Assembly (NCBI GenBank): GCA_964355495.1
Contig: CAYHES010000005.1
Coordinates: forward strand, 1-38,288
From: an uncultured Acidiferrobacterales bacterium
Lineage (GTDB): Bacteria > Pseudomonadota > Gammaproteobacteria > Acidiferrobacterales > UBA6901
Direction: 5' to 3'
Length of the DNA stretch: 38,288 nt
Numbering within the stretch: position 1 is the first letter of the stretch; every line of letters begins with the position of its first letter. The notes beneath the pieces were generated by a model that was not told the origin of the DNA, made no database searches, and saw nothing but the letters and a program-made list of their open reading frames with translations. A program made the translations under genes and the position numbers. Below, piece after piece: positions 29,990 through 38,288 of this stretch.

Positions 29990-30109
29990 GGCCTTTTCCT
30001 TCGTAGGGTGCGCCCTGCGCACCATTCAGATGATCGGTGCGGCCGCTCCGGCGCATCCCTGCGCTCGCGGCATTGGTACGTCCTGTACGACACAAGCACA
30101 CATTTACAT

Positions 30110-31033
30110 TTATTTAACCAGCGTCAACCACTCCGGATGACCGCCGTTGCGGCCATGCACCACGTCGAAGTACAGGGTCTGCAACTTCTCGGTGATCGGG
30201 CCGCGCTTGCCGATGCCGATCTTGCGGCCGTCGAGTTCGCGGATCGGCGTCACTTCGGCGGCGGTGCCGGTGAAGAACGCCTCGTCGGCGATGTACACTT
30301 CGTCGCGCGTGATGCGCTTCTCCACCACCTTGATGCCAAGCTCGCCGGCCAGCTGCATGACGGTGGCACGCGTGATGCCGTCCAGTGCCGAGGTCAGGTC
30401 GGGCGTGACCAGCACGCCATCGCGCACGATGAACAGGTTCTCGCCGCTGCCCTCGGACACGTAGCCTTCGGTATCGAGCAGCAGCGCCTCGTCGCAACCG
30501 GAGGCGAGCGCCTCGCGCAACGCCAGCATCGAGTTCATGTACTGGCCGTTGGCCTTGGCTCGGCACATGGTGATGTTGATGTGGTGGCGGTTGTAGGACG
30601 AGGTGCGCACCTTGATGCCGGCGAGCAGCCCTTCCTCGCCCATGTACGCGCCCCAGGTCCAGGCCGCCACAATTGCATGCACCTTCAGGTTATCGGCGCG
30701 CAGGCCCATGCCCTCGCTGCCATAGAAACACATCGGGCGGATGTAAGCCGACTTGAGGTTGTTCTCGCGCACGGCAGCGAGTGTGCCTTCATTGATTTCG
30801 TCCTTACTATAAGGAATGGCCATGCCGAGGATGTGCGCCGAACGGAATAACCGGTCGGTATGCGCCGGCAGGCGGAATATGGCCGTGCCCTTGGGTGTCT
30901 CGTAGGCGCGCACGCCCTCGAACACACCCATGCCGTAGTGCAGGGTATGCGTCAGCACATGGGTGGTCGCATCGCGCCACGCTACGAGCTTGCCGTCGTA
31001 CCAGATGACACCGTCTCGGTCGGACATCGACAT
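30110..31033 (-). CDS. ilvE: Branched-chain amino acid aminotransferase
   Basis: THTLHYGMGVFEGVRAY, AKANGQY, EGSGENLF, LDGITR, EAFFTGTAAEVTPI. Confidence 0.97.
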   Translation of the reverse strand: MSMSDRDGVIWYDGKLVAWRDATTHVLTHTLHYGMGVFEGVRAYETPKGTAIFRLPAHTDRLFRSAHILGMAIPYSKDEINEGTLAAVRENNLKSAYIRPMCFYGSEGMGLRADNLKVHAIVAAWTWGAYMGEEGLLAGIKVRTSSYNRHHINITMCRAKANGQYMNSMLALREALASGCDEALLLDTEGYVSEGSGENLFIVRDGVLVTPDLTSALDGITRATVMQLAGELGIKVVEKRITRDEVYIADEAFFTGTAAEVTPIRELDGRKIGIGKRGPITEKLQTLYFDVVHGRNGGHPEWLTLVK

Positions 31034-31068
31034 CGTTTTCTCCTGCGTCACGAAATGCCTCGATTCCC

Positions 31069-31132
31069 GTAGGGTGCGTCCTGCGCACCATTGGCCTCGA
31101 TAAGCGCCGATCGGTGCGCAAGCGCACCCTAC
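31069..31132. repeat. Inverted GTAG-type REP pair, with a related copy at 30003-30023
   Basis: GTAGGGTGCGTCCTGCGCACC ... GGTGCGCAAGCGCACCCTAC. Confidence 0.8.
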
Positions 31133-31137
31133 ATTAA

Positions 31138-34059
31138 CTATTCAAACCACTCCCGCCACAGCGCCCGCACCCGTTGCGGAAAATCGCCCAGCTCCCGCGG
31201 CGCCACCAGCGGCCGGCGTTCCATGAGCTTGAGACGCTGCTCGACACCGAGATACCGGTGGTAGGCGTCCCGCAACAGGCCGGCCTGCGCGGGGTCCAGC
31301 AGCCCGCGCGCTTGCAACGCTTCCAGGAGGGGGATGTTGCCCCGGTGCCGAATCAGCTCCGGGTGGTCATGCGCCCAGCGTAATACCGCATATTGCACCA
31401 TAAATTCCACATCAATCATACCGCCCGGGTCGTGCTTGAGGTTGATTTCGCCGGGCTCGTGCGGCGCCTGCGCCGCGTGCATGCGCTCGCGCATGGCCGC
31501 CACCTCGCTGCGCAGGGTTTCCGGGTCGCGCTCCCGGCACAGGGTGGCGGCGCGAATTTCCTCGAAAACCCGGGCCAGGGCGGCGTCCCCGGCAATCGGC
31601 CGGGCGCGGATCAGGGCCTGGTGCTCCCACACCCAGGCATGTGAATCCTGGTACTCGCGGAACGCCGCCGGGCTGGTCACCAGCATGCCGGAGTGCCCGC
31701 TCGGGCGCAGGCGCGTATCCACTTCATAAAGAATGCCGCCGCCGGTGCGTGCCGTGAGGATATGAATGAGGCGCTGTCCGAGCCGCGCGAAAAACACCTC
31801 GTTCGCAATCGGGCGTGCGCCATCGGTAACACCGCCCTCCTGCCCGGCGCCATGCAGGAAAATCATGTCGAGATCGGAGGTGTAACCAAGCTCCAGGCTG
31901 CCTAGCTTGCCGTAGGCTATTACCGCGAAGCCGGGGTGGATGGTCTCGCCGACCCTGCCGTGAGCCTGTCGAACCGGTTGCGCGAACGTCGGGCGGCCAT
32001 GCTTGAGCACCAGATCATCGTGCGCAAGCGCGAGCGCCTGCGCCACGATCACCTCGGCGATGTGTCCGAGATGCCGGCCGATCTCGTCCGGGGTGAGACC
32101 GGGGCCGACGTCGGCCGCCGCCACGCGCAACACATGGCCGTTGCGGAATTCGCGCAACGCCTCCATCTGCGCTTCCAAGTCGTCCACCGGCAGGCGCGCC
32201 AGCCGGCTCTGCAACTCGGCGGCGAGTGCCTCGCGCGTGAGCGGCGCATACAGGCTGACCGCATCCATCAGTTCGTCGAGCAAAATCGGGTGCTGGTTGA
32301 GGTAACGTGCGATCCACTCGCTCGCCGAGCACAGCTTCACGAGCTGCGACAGCGCCAGCGGATTCTCGACCAACAGCGCCAGATACACCGAGCGCCGGCC
32401 GATGGCCTCGACGAAGGCGATGAGGCGCGCGAGCGTGGTCTGCGGTTCCGGCGTGAGCCCGGCGGCGCCCAGCAACAGCGGCATGAGTTTGTCGAGGCGT
32501 TCGCGGCCGTTCGCGGACAGCGCGCTGTAGGCGCCGCCCGCACGCAGGCCTTTCAGCAGATCGAGGGTTGTTCCGGCATCGACGAAACCGGCGGCCTGCA
32601 ATACCTCGCGCGCGATGGACTCTTCGAGCGTCCCGGCCCAGAGCGCATGCAGGCCCTGCTCATCCGCGGCCGGCGCTTCGCCCTGCGGCGCGGCGAATAC
32701 CGAATTGAAGTGTTCGTGCACACGCTGCATGTGACGCGTGAGGACGGCATGAAAACCCGGCCAGTCGTCAAATCCCATGCCGACCGCCACGCGCAGCCGG
32801 TCGAGATCATTGGTCGGCAACACCTGGGTCTGCTGGTCGCGGATCTCCTGCAAGCGATGTTCGGTATTGCGCAGGAATTTGTACGCGCCCGACAGATCGC
32901 TCACCGCCTGCAGCGTCAGGTCGCCTTCGTCGGCGAGGTACGCGAGCACCGGCAGGATGCGCCGCTCCTGGAAGCGCAGGTCGCGCCCGCCACGGATCAG
33001 CTGAAAGGCCTGGCCGATGAACTCGACCTCGCGAATGCCGCCCGGCCCGAGCTTGATGTTGGACTCGATGCCCTTGCGCAACAACTCACGGTGGATGCTG
33101 GCCTTGAGCGCGCGGATTTCTTCCACCGCGGTGTAGTCGAGATATTTTCGGAACACGAACGGCCGCAGGCGCTGCAGCATCTCCGCCCCGGTGGCCGGAT
33201 CGCCGGCCACCACGCGCGCCTTGATAAGCGCGTAACGTTCCCACATGCGCCCATGTGCCTGGTAGTACTGCTCCATGGCGTCGAACGACAATGCCAGCGG
33301 CCCGCTCGCGCCGTTCGGGCGCAGGCGCATGTCAACGCGGAACACGAAACCGTCAGCGGTCTGCTCATTGAGCGCCTGGTTCAGGCGCTGGCCGAGGCGC
33401 ACGAAGAACTCATGATTGCTCAAGCCGCGCTTGTCGGTCTCACCCTCTTCCGAATAACAAAAGATAAGGTCGATGTCGGAGGAAAAGTTGAGCTCCTCGC
33501 CGCCGAGCTTGCCCATGCCCAGCACCACGAACCTGGCTGCGGTATCGGTGCCTTGCTCCCTGGGCGCGCCCTCGCGCGCGCAAGCCCACTCGTATAGTTT
33601 CGCCAGCGCCGCATCAAGGCAGGCGTCGGCCAGCGCCGAAAGAGTCGTGACGGTTTCTTCGAGATTCGCCCAGCCGGCCAGATCACGCCAGGCGATGCGC
33701 ACCATCTCGCGCTGACGCAGCCTGCGCAAAGCCGTCTTGAGGGAAGGCTCGTCCGCGCACCCCGCCACGGCGGTCTGTACACGGCGGCGCAATTCACCGC
33801 TCGCATACGCGCAAAACAGATCGCCGCTTTGGATGAGGTCCGGCAACAACTCCGGCCGTGTCTCGCAGGCACGTGCCACAAACTCGCTCACGGCCAGCAC
33901 CCGTGGCGCGACGTCGAGCCAGTTCTCTCCCTGTGCACGGACCGGCAGGTCGGCGAGCTGCGCAGCGATCACGGACCCGTGTGTGCGGGTATTTGCACGC
34001 AGCGCCTCAGGCAGCCTGGCCAGGCCTTGCTCGAATGCGGAGCGCCGGGAATCGGTCAT
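31138..34059 (-). CDS. glnE: Glutamine synthetase adenylyltransferase/adenylyl-removing enzyme
   Basis: Duplicated nucleotidyltransferase domains: GMGKLGGEELNFSSDIDL...RVDMRLRP and YGKLGSLELGYTSDLD...EVDTRLRPSG. Confidence 0.97.
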   Translation of the reverse strand: MTDSRRSAFEQGLARLPEALRANTRTHGSVIAAQLADLPVRAQGENWLDVAPRVLAVSEFVARACETRPELLPDLIQSGDLFCAYASGELRRRVQTAVAGCADEPSLKTALRRLRQREMVRIAWRDLAGWANLEETVTTLSALADACLDAALAKLYEWACAREGAPREQGTDTAARFVVLGMGKLGGEELNFSSDIDLIFCYSEEGETDKRGLSNHEFFVRLGQRLNQALNEQTADGFVFRVDMRLRPNGASGPLALSFDAMEQYYQAHGRMWERYALIKARVVAGDPATGAEMLQRLRPFVFRKYLDYTAVEEIRALKASIHRELLRKGIESNIKLGPGGIREVEFIGQAFQLIRGGRDLRFQERRILPVLAYLADEGDLTLQAVSDLSGAYKFLRNTEHRLQEIRDQQTQVLPTNDLDRLRVAVGMGFDDWPGFHAVLTRHMQRVHEHFNSVFAAPQGEAPAADEQGLHALWAGTLEESIAREVLQAAGFVDAGTTLDLLKGLRAGGAYSALSANGRERLDKLMPLLLGAAGLTPEPQTTLARLIAFVEAIGRRSVYLALLVENPLALSQLVKLCSASEWIARYLNQHPILLDELMDAVSLYAPLTREALAAELQSRLARLPVDDLEAQMEALREFRNGHVLRVAAADVGPGLTPDEIGRHLGHIAEVIVAQALALAHDDLVLKHGRPTFAQPVRQAHGRVGETIHPGFAVIAYGKLGSLELGYTSDLDMIFLHGAGQEGGVTDGARPIANEVFFARLGQRLIHILTARTGGGILYEVDTRLRPSGHSGMLVTSPAAFREYQDSHAWVWEHQALIRARPIAGDAALARVFEEIRAATLCRERDPETLRSEVAAMRERMHAAQAPHEPGEINLKHDPGGMIDVEFMVQYAVLRWAHDHPELIRHRGNIPLLEALQARGLLDPAQAGLLRDAYHRYLGVEQRLKLMERRPLVAPRELGDFPQRVRALWREWFE

Positions 34060-34251
34060 GGGTGCGGGCGGGTCCGGCAGGGTTTCCGGTTATTCATGGA
34101 GACCATCATAATGGATATTGGCGTCCCGGCAGGAGCGCACAGAAATGACCCCGATTGTCCCCAAACCCGTCGGGGACGGCGGTGCCGCACCCACCACGTC
34201 ACCCGGCGATTGCAGACTTGACCGTTCGCTTTTATTATTCTCTTCCCTCCG

Positions 34252-36207
34252 ATGGCCGAAGATCACGTGAGCACCGCAGACTTGAATGCCCCCTACCCCG
34301 GTAACTGGACCACGGCCGACGGCTCGGCGGCCGTGGTGTGGGTGGAACAGCACATCAGCGACGGCGCCTGCGCCTATCCGATCACGCCCTCGACCAACAT
34401 GGGCAGCGGCTACCAACTGGCGGTCGCCAACGGCCGCAAGAACCTGTGGGGCGACGATCTGTTCTTCCTCGAACCCGAGAGCGAGCACTCCTCGGCCTCG
34501 GCCTGCGAGGGCTTCGCGCTCGCCGGCGGGCGCGTGACCAATTTCACCTCCGGCCAGGGGCTGGTGCTGATGAAGGAGGTGCTGTACACCATCGCCGGCA
34601 AGCGCCTGCCGGTGGTGTTCCACATCGGCGCGCGCGCGCTCACCTCGCACGCGCTCAACGTGCACGCCGGCCACGACGACATCATGGCGGTGGCCGACTG
34701 CGGCTGGGGCACGCTGTTCGCACGCACCGTGCAGGAGGCACACGACCTCGGGCTGATCGCACGGCGCGCCGCCGAGGCCTCGGCCACGCCGTTCTTCTCG
34801 GTGCAGGACGGCTTCCTCACCACGCACACCATCGAGAACGTGTGCCTCGCCGAACCGGAGATGATGAAGGAATACATCGGCGCGCCGCGCGCGCGGCTGA
34901 CGAATCTCTTCGATCCCGCCAATCCGCTCCAGACCGGCACGGTGCAGAACCAGGACGCCTACATGAAGGGCAAGATCGCGCAGCGCCAGTGGTACGACGA
35001 GGTGCCGCGCCACCTGAAGGAGGCGTTCGCGGAGTTCCATCGCCTGACCGGGCGGCGCTACGACTTCGTCGACGGCTACCGGATCGAGGACGCTGAGTAC
35101 GCCATCGTCGGCCTCGGCACGGTGCTGGAAACCGCGCGCCCGGCGGTGGACTGGGTGCGCGCCAAGTTCGGCTGGAAGGTCGGGCTGCTGCACGTCACCA
35201 GCTTCCGCCCGTTCCCGGCGCGCGAGCTGGTCGCGGCGCTCAAAAACTGCAAGGCGATTTCGGTCATCGAGCGCATGGACAACCCGCTCGCCAAGGACAA
35301 CCCGCTCACCCTCGAAGCCAAGGCGGCGTTCGCCGACCACGCGAGCGAGGAGGCCGATTTTCGCATGCCGCGTTTCTTCTCCGGCGTCTACGGGCTCGGC
35401 TCGCGCGACGTGCGCGTCGGCGACATCATCGCCACCGCGCAGAACATGGTAGAGGACGGCAAGCGCTTCTTCTCGCTCGGCATCCGCCACCCGAGCGCAC
35501 TCGAGCGCCGCCACAATCCGGACGTGCGCCCGCAGGGCGCGTTCTCGATGCGCGGCCACTCGGTCGGCGGCTTCGGCTCGGTCACCACCAACAAGGTCAT
35601 CGCCTCGCTGGTCGAGGAGGTGTTCGGCCTGTATGTGCAGGCCTTCCCCAAGTACGGCTCCGACAAGAAGGGCCTACCGACCAACTATTACCTCACCATC
35701 GCCCCCGAGCCGATCCGCGAGCACTCCGAGGTCGTGTACGTGGACTTCGTGCCGGTGCACGACATCAACGCCTTCGAGACCTCCGATCCGCTGCTCGGGC
35801 TGCGCGAAGGCGGCACGCTGTTCGTGCAGAGCCGCGCGGCGAGCGACACCGAGGCCTGGGCGCAGATCCCCGCCGACTCGCAGATGACCATCCGCCACCG
35901 CAAGGTGCGCGTGCTTTATATGGACGCCGTCGGCGTGGCGCGCGAACTCGCCGCCACGCCGGATCTCTCGCTGCGCATGCAGGGCATCGTGCTGCTCGGG
36001 GTGTTCCTGCGCGCGGTGCCGTTCGTACGGGAAAAGGGACTCAGCGATGATGAACTCTTTGCCGCGGTCGGCAAGGCGCTGGAGAAATACTTCGGCCGGC
36101 GCGGCGCCAAGGTGGTCGAGGCCAACCTCGCGGCCGTGCGGCGCGGCTATAGCGAGGTACGCGAGATCGATTTCACGCGCCTCGCCCCGGCCACGGCGCG
36201 CGCCTGA
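34252..36207 (+). CDS. Pyruvate:ferredoxin/flavodoxin oxidoreductase, NifJ-type N-terminal subunit (alpha + gamma domains)
   Basis: AYPITPST, ESEH, FTSGQGLVLM, H..ARALT.HAL....GHDD, DGFLTTH, YGLGSRD, GGFG.VT.NK, YGSDKKG. Confidence 0.9.
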   Translation: MAEDHVSTADLNAPYPGNWTTADGSAAVVWVEQHISDGACAYPITPSTNMGSGYQLAVANGRKNLWGDDLFFLEPESEHSSASACEGFALAGGRVTNFTSGQGLVLMKEVLYTIAGKRLPVVFHIGARALTSHALNVHAGHDDIMAVADCGWGTLFARTVQEAHDLGLIARRAAEASATPFFSVQDGFLTTHTIENVCLAEPEMMKEYIGAPRARLTNLFDPANPLQTGTVQNQDAYMKGKIAQRQWYDEVPRHLKEAFAEFHRLTGRRYDFVDGYRIEDAEYAIVGLGTVLETARPAVDWVRAKFGWKVGLLHVTSFRPFPARELVAALKNCKAISVIERMDNPLAKDNPLTLEAKAAFADHASEEADFRMPRFFSGVYGLGSRDVRVGDIIATAQNMVEDGKRFFSLGIRHPSALERRHNPDVRPQGAFSMRGHSVGGFGSVTTNKVIASLVEEVFGLYVQAFPKYGSDKKGLPTNYYLTIAPEPIREHSEVVYVDFVPVHDINAFETSDPLLGLREGGTLFVQSRAASDTEAWAQIPADSQMTIRHRKVRVLYMDAVGVARELAATPDLSLRMQGIVLLGVFLRAVPFVREKGLSDDELFAAVGKALEKYFGRRGAKVVEANLAAVRRGYSEVREIDFTRLAPATARA

Positions 36208-36226
36208 GAAGTTTTGTATGAATTTC

Positions 36227-36307
36227 TGCCGCAAAGGCGCAAAGGACGCAAAGAAAAGCGCAGATCAGTCAAACAGAAATCTTTGCGTCCTTTGCGCCTT
36301 TGCGGCA
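36227..36307. repeat. Perfect 28-bp inverted repeat with a 25-nt spacer between the two PFOR genes
   Basis: TGCCGCAAAGGCGCAAAGGACGCAAAGA (36227-36254) and its reverse complement (36280-36307). Confidence 0.9.
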
Positions 36308-36333
36308 AGCGATCTTATAGAGAATATAACACC

Positions 36334-37902
36334 ATGACCCGTTCGCTCGACTCGATCAAGATCCGCCTCATCGGCAGCGACGACTTCACCCGCAAGGTGG
36401 TGGACGCCTACGATGACGGCAGCGCCGAACTCGGCCTGCCGGCCGACGAGACCGCCGGCCTCTCGTGGGTGCCGGCCGGCACCGGCGCGATGCGCGATTT
36501 CTCCAACATCGCCCCGGACCTGCCGGTGCTCGACGCCGCGAAGTGCGTCGGTTGCATGGAGTGCGTGACCCAGTGCCCGGACACCGCGATCCTCGCCAAG
36601 GTGGTGCCGGCGGGTGCGCACGCCGCGCTCCTGGAAAAGCTCGCCGCCGATCCGAACGCCGCCTTTCTCGGCGCACAGTTCGCCAGGACCACCAAGTACT
36701 TCGACGTGCCGGCGCGCAAGGGGCACGAGGGTGGCATGTTTTATCTCATGACCGACCCCTCCAAGTGCAAGGGCTGCGGCGAGTGCGTGCAGGCCTGCGG
36801 TTCGCACGCGGCGCTCACCATGGTGCCGAAGAACGCGGAGCTGATGGGGCGGTTCCGCGCCGCCGCGCGCCTGTTCCGCGAGCTGCCCGACACACCGCGC
36901 CACTACATCCAGGACAAGGTGCTGGCCGACATCATGCTCAAGCAGTCCACGCTGCTCTACACCGGCGGCGCGGCCTCGTGCATGGGCTGCGGCGAGGCGA
37001 CCGCGATCCGCATGATGCTGGCGGCCACGAATTTCGCCTACGGCGAGCAATCGGTCGGCATCGTCGCCGCCACCGGCTGCAACACCGTGTTCGGCTCGAC
37101 CTGGCCGTACAACCCCTACCAGGTGCCGTGGACCAACTCGCTGTTCGAAAACGCCCCGGCGGTGGCCATGGGCGTGCGCGCCATGTGGAATCGCCAGGGC
37201 TTCCAGAGCAAGCGCCTGTGGGTGCTGGGTGGCGACGGTGCCATGCTCGACATCGGCTTCCAGTCGCTGTCGCGCATGCTGATGAGCGGCATGGACATCA
37301 AGGTGCTGGTGCTCGACACCCAGGTGTACTCCAACACCGGCGGCCAGAGCTCGACCGCCACCTTCACCGCGCAGGACGCGAAGATGTCGGCCTACGGCAA
37401 GCACGAGCACGGCAAGAGCGAGCAGCGCAAGGAGCTGGCGCAGATCGCGATCATGCACCCGGGCGTGTTCGTGGCCCAGACCACGCCGGCGCACATCAAT
37501 CATTTCTACCGCGCGATCCTGGCCGCCAACGAATACCCCGGCCCCGCGGTGGTGATTACCTACGCGCCGTGCATGCCCGAGCACGGCATCGGCGACGACG
37601 CGGCCTTCGGCCAGTCGAAGCTCGCGGTGGACTCGCGTGCCTTCCCGCTGCTGGTCCACGACCCGCGCGCCGGGGAGCGGATGAAAGAGCGGCTCTCGCT
37701 CCAGGGCAACCCGGCGCGCAAGGACGACTGGTTCGTCACCCCCAAGGGCGAGACCATCGACTTCGTCGCGTTCGCGCGCACCGAGGGCCGCTTCGCCAAG
37801 AACTTCGACAAGGAGGGCAAGCCCTCTCCGGAACTCCTGAAGGCGCAGGACGACCGCCTGAAAAACTGGCGGCTGTTGCAGGAGCTGGCGGGGCTGCGCT
37901 AG
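36334..37902 (+). CDS. Pyruvate:ferredoxin oxidoreductase C-terminal subunit (2x[4Fe-4S] ferredoxin + TPP-binding beta domain)
   Basis: CVGCMECVTQCP, CKGCGECVQAC, SCMGCGE, ATGC, NSLFEN, GGDGAMLDIG, DTQVYSNTGGQ. Start set at ATG 36334. Confidence 0.92.
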   Translation: MTRSLDSIKIRLIGSDDFTRKVVDAYDDGSAELGLPADETAGLSWVPAGTGAMRDFSNIAPDLPVLDAAKCVGCMECVTQCPDTAILAKVVPAGAHAALLEKLAADPNAAFLGAQFARTTKYFDVPARKGHEGGMFYLMTDPSKCKGCGECVQACGSHAALTMVPKNAELMGRFRAAARLFRELPDTPRHYIQDKVLADIMLKQSTLLYTGGAASCMGCGEATAIRMMLAATNFAYGEQSVGIVAATGCNTVFGSTWPYNPYQVPWTNSLFENAPAVAMGVRAMWNRQGFQSKRLWVLGGDGAMLDIGFQSLSRMLMSGMDIKVLVLDTQVYSNTGGQSSTATFTAQDAKMSAYGKHEHGKSEQRKELAQIAIMHPGVFVAQTTPAHINHFYRAILAANEYPGPAVVITYAPCMPEHGIGDDAAFGQSKLAVDSRAFPLLVHDPRAGERMKERLSLQGNPARKDDWFVTPKGETIDFVAFARTEGRFAKNFDKEGKPSPELLKAQDDRLKNWRLLQELAGLR

Positions 37903-37904
37903 GG

Positions 37905-38280
37905 AAATCCGGATGCCGGCCCGGCGGATTTTCGCACCGCCCCCTGGCAGCCCCCGCGAAGGCATGGCGCGGGAATGACGGACAGGTGTCGCGGTGCGGT
38001 CTGGCAGCTCGCAGGGTGCGTTCCACGCACCATTGACCCAGTCGAACCTGAATCGGTGCGCAGGGCGCACCCTACGTTAACTTTTAACTTCCCGGAGCCC
38101 CCTGTAGGTCGGGCTTCGCCGATGGGATCGAGGCGAGGGCCGCAGGCCAGGGATGGCCTGCTTGCGGTTTTAGCCCGACATGTCGGCCTGAAGGCCTACC
38201 TACATTACGAACAAGCAATGTTCCGTCAATTGTGAAGCCGGGTAGGGTGGGCAGACAGGGCTTTCGTCTGCCCACGCTGT
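37905..38280. repeat. REP-like palindrome cluster
   Basis: GCAGGGTGCGTTCCACGCACC (38011, identical to 29511), GGTGCGCAGGGCGCACCCTAC (38055-38075), GTAGGTCGGGC...AGGCCTACCTAC and GTAGGGTGGGCAGAC...GTCTGCCCAC. Confidence 0.75.
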
Positions 38281-38288
38281 GTTGAATC

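Noticed and set aside
16100-38288. CRISPR array
   Set aside because: The repeats are dispersed palindromes, not regularly spaced direct repeats with unique spacers, and there are no cas genes.

Overview
GC-rich proteobacterial chromosome segment. Gene content suggests a Gammaproteobacterium, but taxonomy cannot be fixed from this window. The left third (about 2.1-12.4 kb) is an accessory/defence island with no integrase in the window. It holds a truncated BtuF-like gene, a frameshifted CsrA-XRE-HTH fusion divergent from an XRE regulator, and an AT-rich three-gene operon (Dam-like MTase, ParB-N protein, PRTase-like protein), which is the best candidate for an undescribed anti-phage system. It also holds a PaeR7I/XhoI-type restriction-modification pair bracketed by two copies of the 3' end of a Vgb-like lyase gene, a RelE/ParE toxin-antitoxin pair, a serine-hydrolase lipoprotein, a decayed second toxin and a papain-like protease. 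The rest is core genome: nnrS and thiC with a TPP riboswitch; pcm, rhodanese and SnoaL-like genes; an sxtI/J/K-like carbamoyltransferase trio next to waaA and an LPS core cluster; ilvE; glnE; and a two-gene NifJ-type pyruvate:ferredoxin oxidoreductase. Intergenic regions are dense with REP/MITE-like repeats, including a MITE with a 9-bp target duplication and two repeat-like in-frame insertions inside thiC and glnE. All family calls come from motif recognition, not database searches.
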